The position numbers and the translations under genes were made by a program. Shown piece by piece: positions 1 to 12,512 of a stretch of DNA of 64,000 nt (the first letter of the stretch is position 1; every line of letters begins with the position of its first letter). The stretch covers positions 62,001 through 126,000 of the forward strand of contig CT868013.1 in NCBI GenBank assembly GCA_000165425.1, written 5' to 3'. A model generated the notes under the pieces. That model saw nothing but the letters and a program-made list of their open reading frames with translations. It ran no database searches and had not been told where the DNA came from. The DNA comes from Paramecium tetraurelia. Lineage: Eukaryota.

Positions 1-750
1 ACTGTTGAGATACATCTGTATGTAGACCTCGTGAATTTATGTCTTCTCGACGTTGTTCATTGAATTGCTCACCAGCTCTATTATTTAAGACTGATATGAT
101 ATCATATCCCTGATGATTAGGTTAAAGCAAAAGGCAAGTTTTTAATTCCTCTATCCCTCTATAATTCGTAATCCCATGCACTGAATGTTCTGAATGACAA
201 AGCAATCTATGATGGGGACTCCGCTGTTCTATTGCATACACACTTTTTTCAAATAGGTGTAATAGAGTTGCAATATCTATTAATAGTTGAGGGGGTCTCT
301 CAATTGCTTAAACTCAATCTTTTTGTCTGTGGCACTCTTCTTCTATTCGGGACTTGCCTTGAAGTAATTATTGTGGATGTAGGATTTGGGTGTGCCATCC
401 CAACTGGGAGCCAAATTTACACTTCTTGAGGCAGTCAAATTTAAATCTGTTTATAGTCTCTCCATAATGGCGTTGCCTTCCTAAGAATTTGTAATGCTGA
501 AAATATGGTTATCGACAAATTCGTCCTTCTATAAGGTTTTTTCTTGAATCATATAATGAAAGACGCTAAGTAATTTGATCATATATTCCGGGAACAATAC
601 TTATTCAAAAGGTCTGGATAATTCATAGAATACTTTTCGAATACCTAATATAATCATGACTTGATTACCAATATTCAATAGTTATCGACTAATATCTTTG
701 AGATTTTCATTATTTGAATTTAGTATGTGCATCAGAACAGATTTCTTCAT
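1..750 (-). CDS. Hypothetical protein, runs off the left edge of the window
   Basis: ATG at 750 after an AT-rich leader; 250 codons open in the ciliate code (MKKSVLMHILNSNNENLKDISRQLL...); possible 24-nt in-frame intron at 645-668; no recognisable domain. Confidence 0.65.
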
Positions 751-777
751 TAATATAAATTTTATATGTAATTTAAA

Positions 778-2049
778 TCACAATAGTTTCTTACATTTCT
801 TTCCTTTGAATCCCAAATCGCATCTGCATTTGCCATCAATTAATTGTCCTCTGTTATTGCATGCAGAATAGTCATTGCAAAAATCTTTAAACACTGGACA
901 TTAAATAATTTACCCATCAAATGAGATAGTAGCAAAATCAGATTGGCAATACTAAACTTCCCCATTGTATTTCACTCTAATGCCCAAACTCGTGCATTTA
1001 CTCTTAAAGCATTTTGCCTTATGCAACAAAGTAGTTGGGTCCTAATAATTGAAGCACCTCCTCTAATTGCAATCTGTCAAAGCAGTAACCAACCCACATT
1101 CAGCCAATTTTTAAGATGGCTTGCAAAATTGGATATGCTGATAATTGTAAGAACAAAATCTCTCATTTTTAGCCAATTTACAAATTGTAGGAGAATCGCA
1201 ACCTCCTTATGCTGCCAAACAACCTTGATTCATTCCCCATTGATATCTGCCTGCATTAACCAAATTGGCTTGGTATATGCCTGTATCCTGTAAAACTAAC
1301 ATTGTAAATTTGCTATAGACAGTATCTCGACTTGCAGTTCCTGTCATGATTTCTTGATTGAAGGTCATTTTTTCAAAATGGGAATACTGTGAGGATGGTC
1401 CTCCATCATCTTCGAGTGGCAAATATTGGAGAGACGAACAATTGAAATATTGTTTTGCATATTCCATGATTCCTGGACTTTTCAAATATAATTTATCTTA
1501 GATCATCTCAGTCATATTGAAGTGATTCAATAATCGACTATGAAATCCGAGGGTATGAGTAAATTCATGAACTATAGTTCCCAATCTTTCGTATTTGTCT
1601 AATTTACTCATCTTTTTTGAGAAATGATGATTATTCAATAATATTTCTCCTGCAACAGGTCTATAGTTTTGATCATATAAACATGGTGATGATTTTGCAA
1701 TCCAGTTTTCTGCGACATCAGTTTCTGTAACATACAACACAAAATCAGCATTTTTTATTCCTCTTTTTCTATGTTTTTTGGGAACTTTAATATGATGGCA
1801 TTCTTTGACATTAAAAACTATATTATTTTTCGATCGTCTCACTTTATAGGTGTCCTAAGTGAAGAGCGCTGCCGATTTTATCAACTTCTTAAACAACTTG
1901 TGATTTGGATTGTCTTTGTCCAATTTTTTAGTAAAGACCTTGATTCGAATTGGATCGAAATCTTGATTATAATCCAACACCTATATAAATGAATAGTCAG
2001 TGACTTAACACTCGATCGTCCATAAAAGAAGTAAGATAAGTACTTTCAT
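778..2049 (-). CDS. Leishmanolysin-like zinc metalloprotease (peptidase M8), secreted
   Basis: Intronless 424-codon frame; signal peptide MKVLILLLLWTIEC; HEFTH zinc motif, downstream SHFEK and EIMT Met-turn; C-terminal EGF-like CNNRGQLIDGKCRCDLGFKGKKC; TGA at 778-780. Confidence 0.93.
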
Positions 2050-2162
2050 CAATATATGAACTATTGCTTCTAACTGAATAAAGTATTTATTATTTATTAT
2101 ATATTATATAAGTTCAATATATAAACATACAACAAAAAGATTTGATTTATAATAATATTATT

Positions 2163-3864
2163 ATGGAGGGATATCTTAAGAAGTGGATCAACATAGTTAC
2201 TAGATGGCAGGACAGATACTTCATTTTGAATGATCACATTCTCCATTATTGCGAACATTAAGGAGGGCAGTCCAAAGGCTAAATTCATTTAAAAGTGGCT
2301 GCGATCATATTGGTTCCTGAAGATCCTCTGAAAATCATCATTAACACAGGGACAAATGAAATATAAGTGAAGGCTTCAAGTGTACCAGAAAAAATAGAAT
2401 GGGTGAATGCTTTGAAAAGAGCTAAAGAGAGGTCCTAGGAAACCATTCCTAGAGATTGTATCAAAGAAGTAAATGATATTCTAACAGACATTTGGGTTAC
2501 CCAAGCAGCATGTACAGTTACACTTATCCATCACTAGTTGATGAAACATTAAATATACTTGTACCTAAATTGGAAAGACAATCGAAATATGTGGAATTAA
2601 AATAAAATTACAAGTTTATTAGAAATACTCTTCAAGGAATATCTTCTTTGCTAGTACTGTAATTGTTAGAAGTGGAAAAAGAGAAGTTATAATCTCAATA
2701 GTCAGGTATTTTGAAATAATATTTAGAGATGATTAAACTGTATTTTAATCATTCAGGAATATAACAAATGGAATTGACGACTTTAACCGATAAAGCTCGA
2801 GTATTGACATTTTAGAGTCTCTTAAATATGAACAACCAATATAATATGTATCAATATTTATTAAATTTAGAAAAATCTTATTAATAATCCAGTTTTCTAA
2901 AAAATTTAATTCACAAATTCCTAAATTAGAGCTGCATTGCCTAGATCTTAAGATCCAAATGAAAAGCTGAAAGTTTGGAGTTTTATTAAAGATATGATAG
3001 GTAAGGATCTTTCGAAATTAGCTGTTCTGGTGTATTTTAATGAGCCTCTGTCTATGCTGTAAAGATTAGCTGAGAATTTAGAATACTATCAAACATTAAT
3101 TGAAGCTAATCAAGAATAAGATTAGTGGCTTAGAATGTGTTATGTAATGGGATTTGGAGTCAGTGCTTATTCAAGTAATATTGATAGGCATAAGAAACCA
3201 TTTAATCCTATTTTTGTAACCTATAGGAAATGTATATATTAAACTCAAACAATTTAATGATAAATTCTCCTATAATAAATGCACTACGAAAGTACACAAT
3301 ATCATTTTTGCCAACATGTATATTGAACATATTGGAGATGTGGTTTTTAACAATTATACCACTAATGACAAAGGCATTCTGACTCTCTCTGAAAATCATA
3401 AAATGGTTGGAACTGTTTATGATAGTAATGGCTAAGAAAAGTACAAGTTGAAAGGATTATGGAATGATTCATTGGTTGCTCATAATGTTTAAACAGGAAA
3501 AGAAACTTTGGTTTGGAGAAAGTACGATTTGCCTTAAGACTATAAAAATTACTTCTTTTTTACTAAATTCGCTCTTAATTTGAATCTGCTTAATATAGAT
3601 TTGATTAAATAGCTTCCGTGTACAGATTGTAGATTAAGACCGGATCAATTGGCTTTAGAGTATGGCTTCATTGATTTGGCTGCTGATGAAAAACATCGTC
3701 TTGAATAGAAATAGAGATAGAGAAGAAAGGAGATGCAAATTGCAGGTCAACAGCATTTGCCTTAATATTTTGATTTGATCAAGGAACCATGCACAAATGA
3801 AATGATTTATAAATACAAGGGGAATTATTGGAGGAAAAAAGGAGAGGGCTTAGACTTGTTTTGA
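2163..3864 (+). pseudogene. PH-domain oxysterol-binding protein (OSBP/ORP) homologue with an internal frameshifting deletion
   Basis: N-terminal PH domain (MEGYLKKWINIVTRWQDRYFIL...EWVNAL); ORD motifs [51 protein letters not shown] segment absent and +1 frameshift at ~3213-3219 gives TGA at 3258-3260. Family call is secure; pseudogene status less so. Confidence 0.7.
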
Positions 3865-3890
3865 TTACTTATATATATGCATATAAGATA

Positions 3891-4614
3891 TCAATTAAAT
3901 AACTAGATCCTTTATATGAGTTTATCCAATTAATTATCTTAATTGAATTCCTTGATTAATTAGTAGAAATGTTCATTCTTAGGATTTATGGTATGAACTA
4001 TTTTGTAGATTTCAAATTATTTACTTCTTAATTTATCTTCAAGTTTGATTTGAATGTGTACATTCTAATTGTATTCCAGCTGGATGTCAAGAATCTTTTG
4101 ATGATAGTCATATTCTAAGTACACTCCAGTAATTTGCTATAATTATATTATCAATTTCTCCTTCATTTCTCTTTCCTCCTTTAGTTGATTGATATCATTT
4201 TAACATTCTAATAAATAGTTGTGAACAATAAATACTAATGAGTTTCTCTTATAACTTAATATAATTTGAATTCTCATTGCATGATTATTCAATTAGAGAC
4301 TCAATCTTTTGGTTTTATTCTTATTGGTATGAAATCAGTTAACCAATTTAAATCTAAGCAGTCTCTTTATTTCCTTTAGATTTTAACTTCGATTACTGTT
4401 CTTCCACTACTTTTTTGTATTAATCAATTTATTTTTATTGCTACATTTGAATCTCTTTTTGTTAAAGGATCTTGTCATTATACTATTTCTTTTTCTAATC
4501 CAACAAAGCTAACAAGATCTTCTTGGATTTGTCGATCTCATTTTGGACTGAATTTTAATACTCAAAAAACTAGAGAATTTAAATTTAAGACTTTTATTCA
4601 ATATTATTATTCAT
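3891..4614 (-). CDS. Hypothetical coiled-coil, Q/K/E-rich protein
   Basis: ATG 4614; one 28-nt GT..TAG intron gives exactly 232 codons to TGA at 3891-3893. Confidence 0.7.
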
Positions 4615-4808
4615 AATATTAATTTTTAATCATTAGAATATTTTCATCTAGAAAATTTATTATACAAATATCAGTTAATTAGATTGAAAATATATATTTT
4701 AAACTCTACTCCTATATGATTTTAATTGTGCAATCTTGAAATTATAATTTCTTAAGTTCTATTTTTTCGCTAAGCGATTTATAAATTAGTATATAAAATT
4801 ATATAATG

Positions 4809-6222
4809 TCAAGCATCAAATTATTAAACTATTTTTGTGTACTCTTCTAATTTGCTTTATCTTCTCAATAAATAAATAATGCAAAAAGAGATAATGAACA
4901 ATATAGTTATTACTACATTAATTGCCTTAAGTATAAAAGAAGCTGCTTCTTTTTTAAATTTTGGAGACTATAATTTTGATTAAAAATTACTATTAAACAT
5001 TCATCTTCATAATCCTTAACATTTTAGAATTAAATTCTGGACTTAAACTCCTCATAATCACATTTATATTAATTATTACAAATTGGCATCAAAGTGCCAT
5101 TATATAATACTTAAACATAATACTAATTTCCATGACCTAACTTTCTATATAATTCGAATATAATATTGCTGGCATAACCAGGAAATGTATAGATACAGTT
5201 TTTATTTTATACTTTCTCATTTAAATACACCTATTTTACACATTCAAATGATGTTAGATTAAGAGCATTCAAAATCAATTGAACAGTAGCAGCATGAGCA
5301 GAAAAGATTCTGAATTTATGTTCCGTTTGATTGTTAATAACATTCTCAATGTTCAATAGTAAATTTCTAAAAAATGGAGTAGCTAAAAGACGAGTTTATC
5401 TAAAATATGTGTCTCAATCAAATACTCAAAATCTATATTATGTTCAAGAGAAAAATAGAGATACTATAGAAGTTTCATTTATGACTGTGTACTCTCCTTT
5501 AGTTTCGGTAAGTCATACCCATTATATTCACAAGAATCGAAAGTGTCCTGATATTCGTATAAATCTGTAATGTTCTAAATGATATTCAAATATACTAATT
5601 GTGATGCAACAATTCCTAACTATTATGTAAAATCTGATATTAAGGATTGAGCCTTACTATTAATTTGGTAGTATAGTTTAGAATTGATATTGCTGTTTCT
5701 GAATTCCTCATTTCTGGGACAAGCCAAGGCATCATATCCTTTAAGATATATATCTAACTATTTCTCTCTAACATGCACTGGAATAGCTTGTTATAACCCT
5801 GGAAGGGCTGCATCTCCAAAATCTTCAAATTCTTTCTAATTTGGAGGAAGTAAATAAGAGCGATTCAAATCTGGATTTATTTTTGGCCCTGTTCCTGCCG
5901 GATACATGCCTTAAAGATTGCTCAATGCACTCAGTATCGTTCTATTAACATCTGTGCTCTCAATGTAAATTTCTGCTTCATTGTAAAACTAACTCAAGAG
6001 TTTCAAATCCTCGATGTATCTCTTTCTTAGCCATTATCCTAGAACATAATGTTATCTTGTTCCTATTGGTGTCAATTATCCATTCAAAATTCCCTATTAT
6101 TCAAATTCCTTGCATTTCCAATTACAATAAGTTGGTGTACATGCACCATTTCTCCATAAAATTTATGATAATACTAATTAATCACCAAAGGCTTAAGATA
6201 AAAGAATAAGAAGGAATATCAT
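4809..6222 (-). CDS. Histidine acid phosphatase family type I membrane protein with catalytic residues substituted (predicted pseudophosphatase)
   Basis: Signal peptide; GQLTPIGTRQHYVLGQWLRKRY and STDVNRTILSALSNLQGMYP are HAP hallmarks; RHGxRxP reads RNGACTP and HD reads HA; C-terminal TM helix plus tail with YTKI; frame intact after removing short introns. Confidence 0.88.
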
Positions 6223-6937
6223 GAAAAATTAATATTTAATAATAAATATATAATATATTTTACAAAATTAATATTTCTTTGTTTCTAATATATTAAATGA
6301 ACTTAAATATTATATAATAAAAAGATTAGATATTTATTTCAAAGCAAAAAATTTTCAAAAAACAATAAAGTAAGGAAATTTCTTTAGATTATTTAAATTA
6401 TTGATAAATCAATATAACTATTGATTTAAATGTTATGTAACCATTTAAAATCAAAAAAGTTCAAATATCATCATAAACATCTTACCAACACTAATAGGAA
6501 TTCGGCAAAAACTATATTGTATAATATTTTCACACTTAACTAGTTTCAGAGGATCATTCTTAAATAAAATCAATCTTTTGAAATTGATGTTTAAATATTT
6601 CTTCATATAAAAAATGAAAACAATTTATAATTACTGATATTCATAAAATTTTGCTTGATGAATTCATACGATTAAATATTTATACCTTCAGGTAAACCTT
6701 TCATGAAACAAACTTAAAATAAAGATAATTTACTATTCTTAAAAAAATAGATTACCAAAAGCGCTAAAATAATGCCAAGAATTATGCTATCAAATTTTAT
6801 TCGATTCTTAAGAAATTTCAGTCAGTAATAATTTTTGTGTTGATAATTAATTAAAAGTAGAATACATAGAAAATTCTTTTATTTAGATATAAATAAATTC
6901 ATAAAATGGTAGAACAAATATCAGAGGAATTATTTGA

Positions 6938-7786
6938 TCAACATGGATCTGTTTTGATCTTCAATTTACCATATTGAATCCCAGCGAACTCATTCAACGA
7001 CTCCATCTACACCTTGATTTATTTTCTATCAATTTTATTTAGTTTATCTAAGTAGTCTGCTGAGTCTAATAAATATTAGTTAATGCTCTTAAAAGATTGA
7101 ACCAAAGAGGGAGGCTTGTTTAGTTTAAAGGACTTCCTCCATTATTAATAAAACTCTCCTTATAATACGAATTTTTGGATGTTTTCTTTTTATTTTAAAT
7201 CATTGATAGTAACGCTTTAAAATATATCGGGCAATTTCATTTATTGAAGCTCCCTCAAAGTTTATTATTTAACTAACTATTGATCACTTTTTAGTTGTTA
7301 ATTAAGTTGCCTCATAGTTTCCTTTTTTCGTTTTATCTGATTACTAATAGCAACTTTTGGTAACAGCTAGTATCCGTGAACCATTTGCTGTTCAGATTTG
7401 TGTTTTATCATGGGAGGGGCTTTTTTCAAGGTTGTATCTTGATGTTGAGTATATTTGTCGAGATTTTCGACAATCAATTGATTGTAAGAATCTTAATCGA
7501 ACGTCTCTTTCTTGAGTTCCATGTATACGGAATCAAAATTTATATTTTGCTTTCTGGCTGTAATTATTTCTTTGGCCCTGTGGAGTACTGAAGAAGATTA
7601 AAGTGGTAGCGATGCCTATTATGGTGGAGATTCCTCTTCAGTGGGCAAATTGGAAAGAATCGAGTCAAGGGCATTTAGCTTAAGTTTTAATTGGAAGTCT
7701 GGTTTTTTTTATAGAATCTTGGTAATTCTGGTCCTTGCGAGACTCGCCTTGAGAATAACCTAAGCATTTTGATTGTCATTATTCAT
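6938..7786 (-). CDS. Hypothetical protein
   Basis: Intronless 283-codon frame in the ciliate code, ATG 7786 to TGA 6938-6940. Confidence 0.7.
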
Positions 7787-7797
7787 AATTTTAATTA

Positions 7798-8709
7798 ATG
7801 CTCAGAAAGAACGTGAGACTTAGAAAAGAGTACCTCATGAGAATAGAGGACGAGAAGCGAGCCAAGCAGAAGTATGATAATAAAATGAGATTGCTCAATG
7901 CAGAAATTGAGAGGAAAAATGTTCCTACTGATCTATATAGGGATGAGGAGAATCTGAGAAAGGAAATGAATGCTTAGGATGATAACACCATAGGTTCATC
8001 AGTATCCTTATTCGATAGTGCCAAGAACTCATTTAGATGATGAATATGCTATGAGTTTTTATAGAGAACCCCAGATTGTATTGACAACAAGCAGATCTCC
8101 ATCTCAGAGATTGGTTACTTTAATGAAAGAGATGGGATTGATATTTCCAAATTGTACTAGAGTCAATAGAGGTGCATAAGTAGTGAAGGATCTGGTAATA
8201 CATTGTTAACAAAAAAATTACTCAGATTTAATAATTGTACATGAACATCGAGGGGAACCTGATGGATTAATCATATCCCATATGCCCTTAGGTCCTACTA
8301 TTTATTTTGGAGTAAAAAATGCTGTATTACGTCATGATTTAGATGTTAAAGCAGGTTAAATATCATTATTATCATAGACCCTCTTTCTGAGCAGTATCCT
8401 CATTTGATATTTGACAACTTCTCAACCAAACTAGGCGAAAGAGTGACTACAATATTAAAGCATCTGTTTCCAGTTCCGAAAATTGACAGCAAAAGAGTTC
8501 TTACATTTCACAATGAAAATGGAGTCATTCAATTTAGACATCACACTTACTAGAAATCATTCAATCAAGTTGATTTAAATGAACAAGGTCCACGATTTGA
8601 ATTAAAACCATATAAAATAACCTTAGGTACTATTGGATAAAAGGAAGCCATTGTAGAGTGGCAATTAAGAACTTTTATTAACACAGCCGGTAAGAAAAGT
8701 GTATTATGA
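7798..8709 (+). CDS. IMP4: U3 snoRNP protein IMP4 (Brix domain)
   Basis: [79 protein letters not shown]; two short introns. Confidence 0.96.
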
Positions 8710-8737
8710 AATTGTATGTAAATAATTAATTTATTAA

Positions 8738-9133
8738 ATGGACTCAAAAATTATTCCACTTCAAAACATTGATGAATTCAAGACATCCATTCTCATCGAA
8801 GAAAGAGTGGCCATCTTAATATTTACTGCAGAATGGTTTTATATAGTCATAATTTCAAGGTGTCAACCAAGTTTGAACCTAGTTACTTAAATGAAAAAAG
8901 AGTTGGATCAATAGAGGAAGAGACTAAGCCAATAGACAGGTGCAATTAATATCTTTGTTGTGGATCATGAAAAAGAGGGATGTTATCAAATAGTCAAGTA
9001 ATTTGCTCCAACTACATTGCCATATGTATATTTATTTGAGAAAGGGAAATATATTGCTCAATTCGGAGGCCTTGATGTTTTTGCGATGAATAAGCTAATC
9101 AAGAAAGCTTTGGAATCGTCAAGAGCACTATGA
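8738..9133 (+). CDS. Thioredoxin-like protein with monothiol WCQPS site
   Basis: FTAEW-CQPS after removing a 24-nt intron; TTLPYVYLFEKGKYIAQFGG cis-Pro region; TGA 9131-9133. Confidence 0.8.
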
Positions 9134-9659
9134 ATAAATATTTTGCATTTTCTATTAGTAATTTCTTAGATCATTCTCCACTCAATCAGCATTATAAAAT
9201 TAGATATATATATTAAACTATATTAATTTTTTGATATTATATCCTACCTGTTTGAGATTTTAAAGAGTTATGATCACTATTTAAAATAATGAATTAGCAA
9301 CTAATCAATCTGCTTTATGATAGTGATAGTAATAGGAATAGTGATTTTTATAATTATTAATTTTTTATAATTAAAATTTCTTTTTTCTTTAGAAAGTCTT
9401 CCTAATCAAAACATCCTTTCAATTGAATATCCAATATTAATACCTTGAAGCATTTATTATTAAATTAAGTTAAATTATTCAAATGGATAATTTAGTGTCA
9501 TTATGTAGTTAATCATTGAGCCATCTTCAATAATTATATTTTTGTTTAAAAAGTGGCTAACCTACACAAACTCATTCTCTTAGTCTAATAACAGATGTCG
9601 TATTGTTTTAGATGCTTGTTAGTTATTTTAAAGGTCATACTTCGAATATTCCTAATTAG

Positions 9660-9664
9660 CCAAT
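9660..9664 (+). promoter_or_regulatory. Candidate CCAAT box upstream of histone H2B
   Basis: AGCCAATCA about 60 nt upstream of the H2B ATG; CCAAT boxes are typical of histone promoters. Confidence 0.4.
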
Positions 9665-9725
9665 CAAATTGCAAGAAAGGCACATTAAGTTTTGGTTTAT
9701 AAATATTATTTTCAAATTAATTAAA

Positions 9726-10103
9726 ATGGCACCTTCAAAATCACCAAAGGCTGATGCAGCTAAAAAGACAGTCAAAACAGTCAAGACAAAGAAAGGATCA
9801 GATGATAAAAAAAAGGCAAGAAGACGATAAGAGACATTCGCTTTGTATATTTACAAGGTTTTGAGATAAGTTCACCCAGAAATTGGTGTTTCAAGAAAAG
9901 CTATGAACATCATGAACTCATTCATCAACGATATCTTTGATAGAATTGCTCTTGAAGCCAGCAAGTTGGTTAGATTCAACAAGAGAAGAACACTCAGTTC
10001 AAGGGAAATCTAAACAGCAGTCAAATTGCTTCTTCCAGGAGAATTGGCCAGACATGCCATCTCAGAAGGAACAAAGGCAGTCACCAAATACACCAGTGGT
10101 TGA
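9726..10103 (+). CDS. H2B: Histone H2B
   Basis: Intronless 126 codons: [46 protein letters not shown]...[25 protein letters not shown]. Confidence 0.99.
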
Positions 10104-10355
10104 TTTATTCAATTTAATTCATAATATCATTAAAATAGATGTTAAGTTTTATTATTATTTTTTTATATTGTTCTACTTAATGAATACAAAAATATTGTTA
10201 TTCTTATATAAACTAAATAATTAAATTTGAAGGTCCCCAATTGAATCAAGGATGTTATGTAGTAATTATATGAATTGCCATGATAATACTATGGTGTTAT
10301 TCTGCTGATTCAATTCGAAAATATTTCATGAATTAAAAATTTAATATATAATTTA

Positions 10356-11760
10356 ATGAAACAGGTTCCTATTGTATATTTTTTTCAGAATGAACCAAAG
10401 ACACAATTTATGTTCTTTTTCTAAGGAGAGGAAGTATAGAAATGATGTAATTTATAATGTAGCTTGTTGTTAAAAATATATTACAGCAATTTCCTTTTAA
10501 AATTACTAGTCACCATATTCGATTTAAAATATTTGTTTAAGACATCGAACCAAAAACGTAATTGATTAAATTCATTCTTAGTCATGCTTGGTTTGATATC
10601 TCTAATCCAAATGCCAAAGTGCCAGTTGTCAATGATACTGTTTATGCTAAAATATTGACTCTCTAAGATCTTTCGTATAGTAGGATAGCCAAAAAAATGG
10701 TTGAAAGTGTGCAATAAGATTAGAAGGTAGGAGATTTAAAGCCCCCAAAAAATACTATTCAATCATCACCATAAACTCAAAATAGGGTATAGCAATAATA
10801 ATCCAATTAATCACCAATATTGCAATAGTAACTAAATTCAAAATAAACTCTGCAGCCTGTTGCATAGTAAGGTGGTGAGAGACAGAGCAATAGATAATTG
10901 AGTAATTAATCAAATGGGACTAGTCAAAGTGGAGATCTTTTGGAAGCTTTTGAGAAATTCGATTTTAAACCAAATAATCTTCACACTCAATCCTAACCAA
11001 TCAGTCAGGCAGATCTAGATGTGAACAATTAAAATAATACTAATTTTTAGAATTTCCAACAATTCTAACCAACCATTTTGTAAAATGATTAAGACTAATT
11101 TCATATGTCTGGATTGGATTCTCGACCAGAATAGAATGATGCTCAGTTTACACAATTCTAACAAAAACCATCACAATAGTAAGCAAAAAAGGGAGAGGAT
11201 CTATTTGAATTTGAAGTAGAGAAGAAAGTCAATCCCTAAAATGATCAATCCCAAAAGAGAGATGGACAAGATTTGTTTTCATTCGATGCTCCAAATCAAT
11301 AGACATAATCATAATAATCTAATGATTAATATGAGGGGTTGACTGATAAATAAATTGTTGATATGAGGGTAGAATAAGCAGCAGAGGGTTTACAAAAGAT
11401 CTGGTAAAATGAGGCAGATTATAATGAGTAAAGACAATAAGCTAAAGAAGAAATAGAACCCAAAATATTAAAATGGGCCTATAAGAATAACGTAAGAAAT
11501 AATTTAAGATTGCTACTTTCAACTTTGAATGAAGTCTTGTGGGATGGAACAGATTGGTAATGTTCATTTGGTGATTTGATGACGGATGGCAAAGTTAAAG
11601 TACTCAATATCTCTAAATATTTTAGTTAAAGTATCGTCAAGCTTTATTGATTGTTCATCCAGATAAGCATAACTAGACTCCTGCATAATAGAGATACATT
11701 GCTGAACGAGTATTTTACGAACTTAATTAAGCTTGGAATGATGATAAAAATAGAAATTGA
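10356..11760 (+). CDS. Auxilin-type J-domain protein with an N-terminal DIX-like domain and a Q/N-rich linker
   Basis: C-terminal NNLRLLLSTLNEVLW...LKYRQALLIVHPDKH...AERVFYELNQAW is the auxilin/GAK/Swa2-type J domain; linker motifs DLLEAF, DLFEFE, DLFSFD; two short introns. Confidence 0.85.
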
Positions 11761-12059
11761 CAGATTTTAATATTTTAAATTGTTTAAATTGAAATTTCAA
11801 TAAGAAATCAATTATAGCAAATATTAGTTTAATAATTTTTTCATTTGCTTTTTTTTATGAATCCTATGTATCTTTACTTAACAATTTATTGTGTTTTACT
11901 GATTTTTGAATAAAGCATGAATATTTATGATTATCTATTATTATTCCCTTTGTTAAAGTTATTTGTGGCATTATAAAAATTCTGTTAATTTGATTTAAAT
12001 TCTGTTGTTACTTTATATTTAAGAGTTCAAAAGATAATATAAAAATTATAATTAATAAA

Positions 12060-12512
12060 ATGTATTATTAATGTTCAAAATGCAGAGAACTGGTTGTGGA
12101 CGAATAACCCTGCAAATGTGATAAAAAGTGGATAATTTTGATTTGTTTTGTCGTTGTAAAGATATCATTTATAGCATTCTGCTATAATTCGGTTATTCGT
12201 AGTAGTGTTTACGGAATATTCACATTTTCTGTCTTTGTTTTAGGGTTGATAGCCTTGATAGTTAGTTTCTTCTTTTGTAGAAGTGATTAAAAACATAGGA
12301 TCCCCTTAAATATGACTCTGCTTTAAGGATAATATGTAATTAATTGTATTAAATTTTAGAATCCTCAAGTGGTACAATAAAATCCATATGTATATGTTAA
12401 TTAGTTCCAAAATCCTTAACCAAACATCTAACAAGCTGGATATTACTAATATCAAAATTAAATCAATGCTAGTTAAAATAATTAAGTTTAAATTCCTATT
12501 TAATAACATTGA
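12060..12512 (+). CDS. Small membrane protein: Cys-rich N-terminus, two predicted TM helices, Q/N/P/Y-rich tail
   Basis: 151-codon frame MYYQCSKCRELVVDEQPCKCDKKWIILICFVVV...GIFTFSVFVLGLIALIVSFFFC...NPQVVQQNPYVY; TGA 12510-12512. Confidence 0.7.
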
